A DNA stretch of 64,000 nucleotides. Origin: Candidatus Eiseniibacteriota bacterium. Its GTDB lineage: Bacteria; Eisenbacteria; RBG-16-71-46. A program made the translations under genes and the position numbers. Positions 46,912 through 56,644 of the stretch are shown piece by piece. Positions within the stretch are counted from its first letter, which is position 1. Each line of letters opens with the position of its first letter. The stretch lies in contig OY970342.1 of NCBI GenBank assembly GCA_963717505.1, positions 1,024,001 to 1,088,000 on the forward strand. Direction: 5' to 3'. A model generated the notes under the pieces. The model was not told where the DNA came from, ran no database searches, and saw only the letters and a list, made by a program, of their open reading frames with translations.

Positions 46912-49173
46912 ATGATGCTCGGCGATCTCAACCGAATACAGTGGTCCCGTCTCCGTCCCTTGGTCCTGCCTCCAGCCATGGCGATCGCACTCGGTATGGG
47001 AAGCACCGGCCGCCCGGCTCAGGCGTCCGGCGTCACACGTTTCAACAGCCCTAGCGCATTTGTCTCCGTGGCGTCGGACGCTGATTCGTCGGCGCGTAGC
47101 GACTCGTCGGCCGTTGTATCCGCCCCTCGTGATTCCGCCGCGGTTCCGGCCCCACTCCCCGCGCGCCCCAGCGTCGTCGACACGGTCACGACGCTGCCCC
47201 CGGTCGATGTCCGTGATACGCGGCGCGAGCCCGGCGACGATCGCCAGACCTCGACCCGGGTTCGTCTCGACCGCGCGACCGCCACTCGCTTCCTGCCTCA
47301 GACGGTGGGCGATGCTCTGGCCTCGGTGCCAGGGGTCGAGCTGGTCAAGACCAGCCCCTGGGCGTCACAACTTTCGATCCGCGGCATGAGTGGCGATCGC
47401 GTGGTGCTCATGGTCGACGGCGTGCGCATGAACACCGTGCGCGGACACGGGGTTCAGCCCTCGCTGGTCGCCCTCGACAACGTTTCGAGCCTCGAGGTGC
47501 TGCCCGGCGCCGGCAGCGCCCACGTCGGCTCCGACGCACTCGGCGGCGTCGTCAACGTCGTCACCCATCGTGGCCTGTTCTCCGACCAGCCGCGCACCAC
47601 CGCGCTGGTACGGGCGCGCGGGTCGGAGCCCGGTGCTTCGTACTCGCAGGCGGCACGCATGCGGATCACCGGACCGCGTGCCGGAATCGAGGTCGGCGGC
47701 GGCATCGGTTCGATCGACTATCTGACTTCGGCCGACGGCAGGATTCCGGACAGTGGCATGCGCGAGGAGAACGCATCGGTGCGCGGCGCAGCTCGTGCCG
47801 GCGCCGCAACGCTCGACGCCGAGTATTCGCATTACGCAGCCCGCGACATCGGGCTGCCAGGGTTCACCGGGGGCGCCGTAATCGAGGGCTCGTACCCGCT
47901 TCAGGGGCGTGATGCGTCCAGGGTCGAGTTCGCGGTGAAGGGGAGCGGCGCCTTCCCGGAATTCCGCGTGCTGGGATCGCACCAGAATCTCAGCACGCAC
48001 TTCAGTGAGACCGCGGTCGAGAGTGTTTTCGTCCGTGGTCGACTCGTCGGCACCCGTACGCGCGCGTCGCAGGATCGTGTCGCGACCCGCGTGACCAGCG
48101 CGGAGCCCTCTCTTCGCTTCGCGGGGCCCTTCGCTGGACGGGTGTTCGGCGAGTTCCGGCGTGAAACCGCCGAAGGACCGTTGGTTCTCGATCTGATCGT
48201 GCGCGACAACCAGGGCACGGTCACCTCGGCAACCCAGACCGTGTCGGCCAGCGTCCCCGCGGCCAGCCGCACCGGGTGGGCGGCGGGAACCCAGGTCTCG
48301 CCGATCGTGTTCGGCACGCAGCTCGAAGGTTCGGTCCGCTACGACGAGCTGCACTCCGCGGCCGATACCCTGACCGTTAGCGCGCCGACCCCGCTCGAAG
48401 CCGTCGACCGGGAATGGAGCGTCGCCGGCGGCGTGGCGCGAGCACTCGGACCGATCGAGCCCTACGGCAACGTCGCCACCGGATTTCGCGCGCCCAACCT
48501 GGACGAGCGCTACTTCAACCACACGGTGCACGGCGGGCTTCGGTTGTTCGGCAACCCCGATCTGGTGAGTGAAACTTCGAATTCGTACGAAGTCGGCCTC
48601 CGGTCGTCGGGCGCGGCCCCGAGCTGGGTGCGCGCCGCCCGTTTCTCGGCGTACCGCTCGGACGCCGACAACCTGATTACCTTCCAGTACATCGGACAGC
48701 TCTACGGCGTGCCGCGCTTCCAGTACGTGAACGTGCGCAACGCTCGCATCCAGGGCCTCGAGGCCGAGCTGCGCGTGCGTTGGAATCGAGCCGAGCTCGG
48801 ACTTTCGGGAACGCTGCCGCGCGGCTGGAATCGCGACAGCGGCGAGCCGCTGCAGGATCTCGGCCCGACCCGCGCCATGGTCGAGGCGGTGGTCCCGTTC
48901 TCGGCCGTGCTGCCGAACGGCACTCTCGGCGCGCGCGTGCGCTGGTCCGATGCGGTGACCGACGTCAGTCCGGTGCTCGCGCGTCCGGCGTTTTCGACGA
49001 CTTCGATCCAGGCGGATGCGGTCTTCGCCGGTGTGCGGGCCGTGGCCGCGGTGAACAATCTCTGGAACCACTCGTATCGCGAGCCGCTGAGCTTCGTCCC
49101 GGAGCCGGGGCGGACGTTCTCGTTGTCGCTCACGTTCGAACTGAGCGGCGCCTGGCCCGCGAGTGGACTTTGA
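46912..49173 (+). CDS. TonB-dependent receptor, possibly heme-type
   Basis: Plug motifs VPGVE, SIRGM, VDGVR, GSDALGGVVN; GFRAPN...H..H...GNPDL; NNLWN..Y, PGRTF terminal strand. Alternative start 46978. Confidence 0.9.
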   Translation: MMLGDLNRIQWSRLRPLVLPPAMAIALGMGSTGRPAQASGVTRFNSPSAFVSVASDADSSARSDSSAVVSAPRDSAAVPAPLPARPSVVDTVTTLPPVDVRDTRREPGDDRQTSTRVRLDRATATRFLPQTVGDALASVPGVELVKTSPWASQLSIRGMSGDRVVLMVDGVRMNTVRGHGVQPSLVALDNVSSLEVLPGAGSAHVGSDALGGVVNVVTHRGLFSDQPRTTALVRARGSEPGASYSQAARMRITGPRAGIEVGGGIGSIDYLTSADGRIPDSGMREENASVRGAARAGAATLDAEYSHYAARDIGLPGFTGGAVIEGSYPLQGRDASRVEFAVKGSGAFPEFRVLGSHQNLSTHFSETAVESVFVRGRLVGTRTRASQDRVATRVTSAEPSLRFAGPFAGRVFGEFRRETAEGPLVLDLIVRDNQGTVTSATQTVSASVPAASRTGWAAGTQVSPIVFGTQLEGSVRYDELHSAADTLTVSAPTPLEAVDREWSVAGGVARALGPIEPYGNVATGFRAPNLDERYFNHTVHGGLRLFGNPDLVSETSNSYEVGLRSSGAAPSWVRAARFSAYRSDADNLITFQYIGQLYGVPRFQYVNVRNARIQGLEAELRVRWNRAELGLSGTLPRGWNRDSGEPLQDLGPTRAMVEAVVPFSAVLPNGTLGARVRWSDAVTDVSPVLARPAFSTTSIQADAVFAGVRAVAAVNNLWNHSYREPLSFVPEPGRTFSLSLTFELSGAWPASGL

Positions 49174-49203
49174 GCCGTGACTTCTAGGAGAAGGCCGCTT
49201 CGG

Positions 49204-51384
49204 ATGCCCAGATCGACATGGAAGTTCGCCCTCGCCGCCACGGCGGCGATCGTTGCAACGGAGGCCGGTGCGGCGTTTGCCCGAACAACTCCCAACGTCA
49301 CCGACCGGTTGGTGCTGCCCGTCACGAACGGAGCGTCGCAGATGCAAAGAGCCCAGGGTTCGACCGGGACGTCTGAGGCGCGCGTTGCGAACGGTGCGGC
49401 ACCCTATTCCGTCGGCCGCATGTCCCCCCTGGCGCCGCGAATGGGTGCGCCACCCGGTGTGGCCGGCGCCGACGCCCCGAGCGGCGGCGCCTCGAGCCAC
49501 GCGCTTGCGAGACGCGTCGCTCCTCAGCCCTCTGCCGGCACGACCGGCACGTTCATCCACCGCTCGACACCCTCGCTCGACCACGAGATGGCCGTGCCGG
49601 TTCCGCTTGCCGCCGGCGCGGTGCAGATCGACTCCACGTACTGGGATCACCAGGACATGGGCTCGCTCGGCAACCGGATCGTCGTCCGCCCGAACGGCGA
49701 GGTGCACGTCACCTGGCAGGACGATCACTGCGACGTTGCCCCCGGCGGCTGTCCGCCCAATCTGGCCGCTCCCGATCCGTTTCCGCGTCGCGCGATGGGC
49801 TATGCCTGGCGCGACCAGACCGGATGGCACTCGGGCGGCCGGGTCGAGGATCCGGACATCCGCGGCTGCTGCGTCACCGAGTACTCGGGCGGCTACGGCA
49901 CGATTGCGCTGACCGCGAATGGCCGTGCGGCGATCGCGCAACACATGAACGAGGACGGATGTGACCTGCGAGGCGATCTCTACATTCGCGACGTCGCCGG
50001 GCCCAGTGCTTCGACCGCGTACCTGACTCCGTGGACCGACTACCTGTTTCCGCAAGTCGCCGCACTGCCCAACGGCGCATTCGTGATGCTCGGAGAAATT
50101 CCGCTGTCTCCGCCCTCCCACTTCTATGAGGAGGTCGCATCCTTCCAGGCGAGCTACCTGCCCGCCGAGGGGCCGCGCTTCGTCTGCTACACCGGCTGGC
50201 AGTTCAGCGCCTGGCGTGCGATTGCGCCGTCCGGCTATTTCCCCCCGAACGGGTACAGCGGGTTTCCGTCGCTGGCCGCGGCCAGCGACGGCCGCGCCGG
50301 CATCGCGGTCACCGACTTCGTCGACGACGTCTTCCTGATCGAGTCGTCGAACGGCACGTTCCTGCCGGGGACGATCACGATCCGCAACCTCACGAACTTC
50401 AACGACGCGTTGGTGACCAAAGCGGATTCGACCTCCACCGAGTACCGCCCGTACATCAACTGCCATCTCGCCTATCAGGACACGATTCCGCACGTGGTGT
50501 GGAGCGAGCTGCAGGCGCGGCGCATCGGCCCGGGCATCGAGGTCTTCGACTGGCGCAGCCAGATTCGCCACTGGAGCTCGACCACCGGGCTCTCGACGGT
50601 CGCGCGCTCGGCGCCGGGCGAAGCCGACGCGTTCGACAACCTCGACATCGGGCTCAATGGTCCGATCGCGGGTTTCAACACGATCTCGATGGACTGGCCG
50701 CAGGTCGGGTTCTCGCCTGACGGCTTCGAGACCTACGTGGTCTGGCATCGCTTCACCAACGCCGAGATCGATCCGACCGCGGACGCGGGCCTGCCGGGGA
50801 TCATCACCGGCGTCGGCTTCGGCGACATCATGGGCAGTACGCGCCGCCAGGGCACGGGTTGGTCCACGGGCCAGAATCTGACGCAGACGCCCCAGACCGA
50901 TGAGCGCTTCGTGTCGCTCGCCGCGCTCAATCCCGGCGGCCGCGTCCACCTCGTCTACCAGTCGTCGGCCACCAACCAGGCCGGCGTCGTCGCGATCGGC
51001 GACCGCGGCGGCGAGAACTGCGGGCCGACCGGCTGCATCCCGGGCGAGAACTTCGTCCGGCGCATCGCGTTCCTGTCGCGACGGCTCGACGCCAGCGTCG
51101 TGTCGGTCGGCGAATCCCCCGAGGCTTCTGTTGCCACGTTGCGCTCGTTCCCCAATCCCGCTCGCGGCGTCGTTCGCTTCGCCGCAGAGCGCGCCATCGA
51201 CGGCGAGTTCATCGAGGTGTTCTCGGTGGACGGCCGGCGGGTCGCCCGCATCCCGGTCGCGGGTGGCGCTGCCGCGTGGGACGGGCGCAACACGGCCGGG
51301 CGTCGCGTGGCGAGTGGGATCTACTTTGCCCGCTTCGCCGGCGAGCCCGCCGATCGCGGCACTCGATTCATGATGCTGCAGTAG
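49204..51384 (+). CDS. Secreted Cys-containing protein with FlgD-Ig/T9SS-like C-terminal domain
   Basis: Signal peptide; propeller-like repeats (VHVTW, PHVVW, VHLVY); tail SFPNP...FSVDGRRV...WDGRN...ASGIYF. Alternative start 49177. Confidence 0.82.
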   Translation: MPRSTWKFALAATAAIVATEAGAAFARTTPNVTDRLVLPVTNGASQMQRAQGSTGTSEARVANGAAPYSVGRMSPLAPRMGAPPGVAGADAPSGGASSHALARRVAPQPSAGTTGTFIHRSTPSLDHEMAVPVPLAAGAVQIDSTYWDHQDMGSLGNRIVVRPNGEVHVTWQDDHCDVAPGGCPPNLAAPDPFPRRAMGYAWRDQTGWHSGGRVEDPDIRGCCVTEYSGGYGTIALTANGRAAIAQHMNEDGCDLRGDLYIRDVAGPSASTAYLTPWTDYLFPQVAALPNGAFVMLGEIPLSPPSHFYEEVASFQASYLPAEGPRFVCYTGWQFSAWRAIAPSGYFPPNGYSGFPSLAAASDGRAGIAVTDFVDDVFLIESSNGTFLPGTITIRNLTNFNDALVTKADSTSTEYRPYINCHLAYQDTIPHVVWSELQARRIGPGIEVFDWRSQIRHWSSTTGLSTVARSAPGEADAFDNLDIGLNGPIAGFNTISMDWPQVGFSPDGFETYVVWHRFTNAEIDPTADAGLPGIITGVGFGDIMGSTRRQGTGWSTGQNLTQTPQTDERFVSLAALNPGGRVHLVYQSSATNQAGVVAIGDRGGENCGPTGCIPGENFVRRIAFLSRRLDASVVSVGESPEASVATLRSFPNPARGVVRFAAERAIDGEFIEVFSVDGRRVARIPVAGGAAAWDGRNTAGRRVASGIYFARFAGEPADRGTRFMMLQ

Positions 51385-51470
51385 TCAAGACCCACCTGGA
51401 GACGTCCGAAGACTAGTCCGTCCAGTCGGCCGCGCCTCCCCGCGCGATCGCATCCCTAGAGGAGACATCC

Positions 51471-52259
51471 ATGGCTTCCTTCGCTACGGTTCGGAGGTTC
51501 GCTTCGCTCGCCTGCCTGGCGGTGCTCGTCGTCGTTGTCAGTGGATTCCGCCCAATCAGGGCTCTGTCCCTGCTGGCCGCCGAGCACGTCACCGGCGGCG
51601 TGCTCGATCTGCCGTGGCTCAACGGCTTCGGCGTCTCGAGCAACATGAAGCCGTTGACGCTCGACCCGGGGCATCCGGCGTACGCCAACCCGTCCGGAGA
51701 CCACACGGTGGGCGAGGCCATGACCTCGTTCGCGCCGGACAGCGGCGGCATCGTCGTGACCTGCACCGACCCAGGCGGCGTCAGCACGTACTGGTGGGAG
51801 GGCTGGGTGTTCACCGGCGATGGCAACTCTCGCCGCGGTCTGATCGTGCGTGCCGACCCTTCCAACATGTTCGCGACCAACTACCAGTTCGTCATGCAGC
51901 AGGGCATGGCCCAGTTTGCGTTCCGTCGGCTCAGCGGCCAAGGGCCGGCGACCACGCTCAGGTCCTGGTTCTCCGGCAACTTCCCCGGCGGCGTTCCTCA
52001 GGTCAACACCTGGCATCACATGGCGATCTGGGCTGAGGGACCGAGGTTCCAGTGCTATTGGGATGGATTCGAGACGACCTCACTCGATAGCGCGGTCCTC
52101 GACAACACGCTCCCCAGCGGCTGGGTCGGCGTTTACAACTTCCGCGCCGATCTCGGCTTCATCCCGTTCTACACGGACGACCTGCTGCTCTACAGCGAGC
52201 CGCCGACCACACCGGTGAAGGTCGCAACCTGGGGCGAGGTCAAACGCCGCTGGAAGTAG
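51471..52259 (+). CDS. Secreted ConA-like beta-sandwich protein ending in a TWGxVK motif
   Basis: GAGGAG RBS; signal peptide; NTWHHM, SGWVGVY, YTDDL; C-terminus TPVKVATWGEVKRRWK. Confidence 0.85.
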   Translation: MASFATVRRFASLACLAVLVVVVSGFRPIRALSLLAAEHVTGGVLDLPWLNGFGVSSNMKPLTLDPGHPAYANPSGDHTVGEAMTSFAPDSGGIVVTCTDPGGVSTYWWEGWVFTGDGNSRRGLIVRADPSNMFATNYQFVMQQGMAQFAFRRLSGQGPATTLRSWFSGNFPGGVPQVNTWHHMAIWAEGPRFQCYWDGFETTSLDSAVLDNTLPSGWVGVYNFRADLGFIPFYTDDLLLYSEPPTTPVKVATWGEVKRRWK

Positions 52260-52278
52260 CCTCGCGCAAGTAGCGAAT

Positions 52279-52320
52279 CGAGCCCCGATCGGCGCACTGC
52301 CGGCCGGGGCTCGTTTCTTT
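52279..52320 (+). terminator. Rho-independent terminator
   Basis: CGAGCCCCG...CGGGGCTCG stem followed by TTTCTTT. Confidence 0.8.
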
Positions 52321-52332
52321 GTCGGGCGAATC

Positions 52333-52485
52333 GGCCGCTACGGCGGGGGGTCGGGGGCATCGACGGCGAGGTGGGCGAGAGCGGAGCGGGCAACCCGACG
52401 TTCCGGCCAGGCCGAGCGAGGTTGCCCGCGGAGCGACGGGTCCCGCCGCAGCCGACGATGCCCCCGACCCCACGCCGTAGCGGCC
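52333..52485. repeat. 153-nt rod-like element with 35-bp terminal inverted repeats
   Basis: Arms 52333-52367 and 52451-52485 match at 33/35; inner stems GGTGGG/CCCGCC and GCGGGCAACC/GGTTGCCCGC. Confidence 0.85.
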
Positions 52486-52532
52486 AATAGCTCCGAAGGG
52501 AAGATCTCCCCCCAGCCGGCGTAAGAAGCGGC

Positions 52533-54786
52533 ATGAAGCCGCTCCTCGACCGCCTCCGGCGCTCCGACCCGCGCCACTGGCAGATCCTCGCCCTGTCGAC
52601 GCTGCTGGTCTACGGACTGGCAAGCGGCGGCATCGTCACCACGCCGGCCCACATCGCGGGAATGCTCTTCGGCGCCCTCGCCGCCCAGTGGCTGGGCTCC
52701 CGCCACGCCGGCATCGCCTTCGAGCCGCGCAGCGCGCTGATCTCCGGCATCGGACTGTGCACGCTGCTGCGGACGGACACCGCCGGTCCTCGGCGCCGTG
52801 GCCGCCGCGATCGCGGTCGGCAGCAAGTTCGTGATCCGCCGGGGCGATCGCCACCTGTTCAACCCCACCAACTTCGCGATCGCGCTGCTGCTCGGCATCG
52901 GGGCGCCGGTCTGGGTGTCGCCCGGCCAGTACGGGCACGGCGCGTTCATGGTCCTCGCCACCGTCTGCCTGGGCAGCATCGTCGTCCACCGCGCGGCGCG
53001 CAGCGACGTCACCTTCGCGTTCCTGGCGGCGTGGGCCGCGGTGTTGTTCGGCCGCTCACTTTGGCTCGGTGAACCGCTGTCGATTCCGCTGCACCGGGTC
53101 GAGAACGGCCTCCTGCTCCAGTTCGCGTTCAACATGATCTCCGACCCGCGCACCACTCCGGACTCGCGCGCCGGTCGCATTGTCTTCGCCGTGCTCGTGG
53201 CTCTGGGCGGGGCGATCGTCCAGTTCGCGCTCTTCCGCACGAACGGACTCATCTGGTCCCTGGCGTTCACGACGCTGCTCGTGCCGCTCCTCAACCGGCT
53301 GCTGCCGGGAATGCGTCACGTCTGGGGCTCTACCACCGGGAGAAAGGACCCCACCATGAATTCGCATCCGCTTCCCTTCCCCGCGGCCTCGGCCGCACCG
53401 ATCGCACCCGCGGTCGCCGCGGTGCCCTGGCGATCACCCTTCCGCCGGGCGGGCCTGGCTTCGCCCATGGTCGCCGCTGCGCTGCTGCTGGCAGCCCCCC
53501 AGGTCCACGCCTTCTGCGGCTTCTACGTCGCCGGCGGCAACGCCAAGATCTTCAACGAGAGTTCGCAGGTGGTCCTGGTGCGCGACGGCGATCGGACCAC
53601 ATTGACCATGGTCAGCGACTTCAAGGGCGACCTGCGCCGCTTCGCGGTCGTGATCCCGGTGCCGACCGTGATCCAGAAGGAACAAGTCGCGATTGGCGAT
53701 CCCGCGGTGATCGAGCACCTCGACCGCTACTCCGCCCCTCGTCTGGTCGAGTACTGGGATCCCTCCCCCTGCGCGATGGCGATGCTCGAAGAACGGGCCG
53801 CCGATGCCGCGGGCATGATGCAGGCCATGCCGAGCGCGCTCAAGAGCGCCGGCAAGCGGAAGGACGTCACCGTGGAGGCCCGCTACACGGTGGGCGAGTA
53901 CGACATCGTCATCCTGTCGGCGACCACCGGCCGCGGACTCGAAAGCTGGTTGGTCGACAACGGCTATCGCATCCCGAGCGGCGCGGCCCCGGTGTTCACC
54001 GGCTATCTCAAGCAGGGCATGCGCTTCTTCGTGGCCAAGGTGAATCTCGAGGAGCACGCGCGCATGGGCGTGACCCGTCTGCGCCCGATTCGCGTCCGCT
54101 ACGAATCGTCCAAGTTCGGGCTGCCGCTTCGGCTCGGCATGGCCAATGCGCGTGGTCCGCAGGACATGATCGTCTACGCGATCTCGCGTAAGGGCCGGAC
54201 CGAAGTCGTCAACTACCGGACCCTCAAGCTGCCGACCGACGTCGAGATACCCGAGTACGTCGCCGGTGTGTTCCCGGACTTCTATCGCGCCCTGTTCCAG
54301 GAGCAGATGCAGCGCAACGGCGGCCGCGCGGTGTTCACCGAGTACGCGTGGGACATGTCGTGGTGCGACCCGTGCCCGTCCGAGCCGCTTTCGGCCGAGG
54401 AGCTCAAGTCGCTCGGCGTCACTTGGGGACCGGGCGGCGGCGCCGGCAGCCCGGTGTTCCTGACGCGGCTCCACGTGCGCTACGACCGCGCACACTTCCC
54501 GGAGGATCTCGTGCTGCAGGAAACTCCCGACACCCAGAACTGGCAGGCCCGCTACATCATGAACCACCCCTGGCGCGGCGAAGAGATCTGTCCGGTGCTG
54601 CCCGAATATTGGAGCCGGGTGCTGGAGCGTCGCGAGCGCGAAGCGGACAACCTCGCCGAGCTGACCGGTTGGGATCCCGCCGAGATCCGTGGGCGCATGG
54701 GCATGGGCCCGGCGGTGACGACGCCCAAGCGACTCGGGTTGCTCGACCGCATGCGCCGCGGGCTGGGATTGCGCTCGGGCGGGTGA
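52533..54786 (+). CDS. RnfD/NqrB-like membrane domain in frame with a DUF2330-like domain (apparent +1 frameshift near 52780; internal RBS + ATG at 53356)
   Basis: DPRHWQI, SALISG..LCTLLR, SKFVIR...HLFNPTNF, MISDPRTTP; then FCGFYVA, SAPRLVEYWD, VGEYDIVILS, MRFFVAKV, TEYAW, FLTRLH. Confidence 0.85.
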
Positions 54787-54841
54787 TGATGTGTGGTCGC
54801 CTAGCGAAAGGCGGCGGGTGATCCACCCGCCGTCTTCTTGC

Positions 54842-56644
54842 CTAACGAGTGCTGTCCGGTACCAGTCCCTGGCGCGCAATCTGGTCGAGCAGCGCCCTGG
54901 CCTGAGGATCACCCGGCGCCAGCTGCAACAGGCGGGTCGCCCCTCGCTTCGCCTCGGGCCACATTTCGAGACGCGACGTCATCGCGGTGTAGCCGCGCCA
55001 GGCGTCCACGTCTTCCGGAGTCCTGGCGATCAGCCGTTCGTAGACCTGCATCGCTCCCACGTAGTTGCCGGCCTGGGTCTCGGCCAGCGCCCATTGATGG
55101 TGAAGCCGCGGACTCGGCGCCAGGGCGACCGCCTCGCGAAACAATTCCGCCGCCTGGACGCCTTCGTTCCTTCGGAGATGCCGGATGCCAAGAAAATCGA
55201 AGGCCAGCGCGCGCTCGGATTCCGTGCGCTGCGGCGGTTCGACCAGAAAGGCATGGATCCGGGCCGTGCCGCGATTCTCGTCCGCGTGGTGGAGCATCCA
55301 TTGGAGCGTCGGCATCATGGCGCCGAGCGATGCCGCGAGACCGAGCCACGCCCAGCGTGGGGCGCTCTGCAGGACTTCGCCCGCCACCCAGGCGGAGAGC
55401 AGCGACAGACCGATCCCGGTCGCGATGAAGTTGTCCCAGTCGCGGAACATGCCCTGCGATGGATGCAGGAACGGCATGATCGCGAGCAGGGGCAGAACCA
55501 GAAACAGGAGGAGGGCGAGGGCCGGGCGGCGCGTACGGTCCCGCCAGAGGATCACTGCGCCCACCGGAATGATCGGCGCAACCGGCGACAGCAGCAGGAT
55601 CACGTTGAGGAAGTCCATCGACCGCAACCCGCCGAACGCCGAGGACACGATTCCTGCCGATTGCACCGCCGCCGGCGCCAGATGGATCGGCAGGTCCACG
55701 TTGATGAACGTACGCACCACGCGCGGGACCACGAACGCGAGCACGACCCAGGGTGACGCCAGACCGGCCATGGTGGCGGGCTCGCGCAGGGAACCGCGTG
55801 CACGCGGATCCCGCAGCCACATCGCCCAAACGAACATCGCGGCTGGCACCAGGGCGACGGCGGAGCGGTGGAGCGGCAAGGCCAGGGACAAGGCGACTCC
55901 GAACGCCAGGATTCCCCGACCAGTATGCAGAACCCTGAGCCCCGCGACGCCAACTGCCGCGGTCAGCACTCCGAGCTCCACGACGGCCTTGCCGTAGCCG
56001 GTCAGCAACACGAGGTAGCCGCCAAAGAACAGGATCGTTCCCGCCGCGATGGCCGGGATCCTGGAGAGTCCCGAGACCCTGGGCAGCGCCATGGCGATCA
56101 ACGCCAGCGCCGCGGCGTCGAGCAATCCGATGAGCCGCGCCGAAGCGTTGGCGTCGAGCCCGATCGTCTGCCAGAGCCAAAGCCGAAGCCGATAGTGGAT
56201 CAACTCGTCGAGCGGCATGGCCTGACGAAAGAGGTCGAAGCTCTGCCGCTCGACGACGGCGCCCATGCGCATCATGAAGTCGCCGACGTACCACGTGCGA
56301 TCGGGAATCAGGAGCACGAGCAACATGGCGCCGCCCGCGACCATCCACGTCAGGGCTGTCCGCCTGCCCGCGCGCGCGGGTCCTGACTCCAGCGCACCGG
56401 CTGCACGCCGGCTGATGGCGGGAACCAATGACAAGGCGGTGAGCGTCCAGGCACCCCACGCGACCACCGGAGGCAGAAAGCGCATGGTGTTGATGCCCCA
56501 GGCCGCCATGCTGGGAACGAAGGCGAACGCGGCGCGGGCCGCCGCCAACAGCGCGAGCACGATCCAGATGACTGCGGCCGCTCGCGCGTACGTCGCGTTC
56601 GTCGGCTCGGGCTCCGGTGGGCGCCGGCCGCCCGAAGGGCTCAC
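54842..56644 (-). CDS. Multi-pass membrane protein with C-terminal TPR repeats (GT-C-like)
   Basis: GTGA overlap with sppA; many TM segments, RDWD motif, TPR-like tail. Confidence 0.75.
   Translation of the reverse strand: MSPSGGRRPPEPEPTNATYARAAAVIWIVLALLAAARAAFAFVPSMAAWGINTMRFLPPVVAWGAWTLTALSLVPAISRRAAGALESGPARAGRRTALTWMVAGGAMLLVLLIPDRTWYVGDFMMRMGAVVERQSFDLFRQAMPLDELIHYRLRLWLWQTIGLDANASARLIGLLDAAALALIAMALPRVSGLSRIPAIAAGTILFFGGYLVLLTGYGKAVVELGVLTAAVGVAGLRVLHTGRGILAFGVALSLALPLHRSAVALVPAAMFVWAMWLRDPRARGSLREPATMAGLASPWVVLAFVVPRVVRTFINVDLPIHLAPAAVQSAGIVSSAFGGLRSMDFLNVILLLSPVAPIIPVGAVILWRDRTRRPALALLLFLVLPLLAIMPFLHPSQGMFRDWDNFIATGIGLSLLSAWVAGEVLQSAPRWAWLGLAASLGAMMPTLQWMLHHADENRGTARIHAFLVEPPQRTESERALAFDFLGIRHLRRNEGVQAAELFREAVALAPSPRLHHQWALAETQAGNYVGAMQVYERLIARTPEDVDAWRGYTAMTSRLEMWPEAKRGATRLLQLAPGDPQARALLDQIARQGLVPDSTR

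Noticed and set aside
47365-50949. Very long antisense or alternate-frame ORFs (this 1194-aa one; also 26599-28545, 37533-39632, 15311-18118, 3723-5540)
   Set aside because: Arg/Ala/Pro-rich translations without motifs that shadow well-supported genes; expected in high-GC DNA.
52380-52430. Apex of the long hairpin as SRP (4.5S) RNA
   Set aside because: Lacks the GNRA tetraloop and conserved symmetric loop of SRP domain IV.
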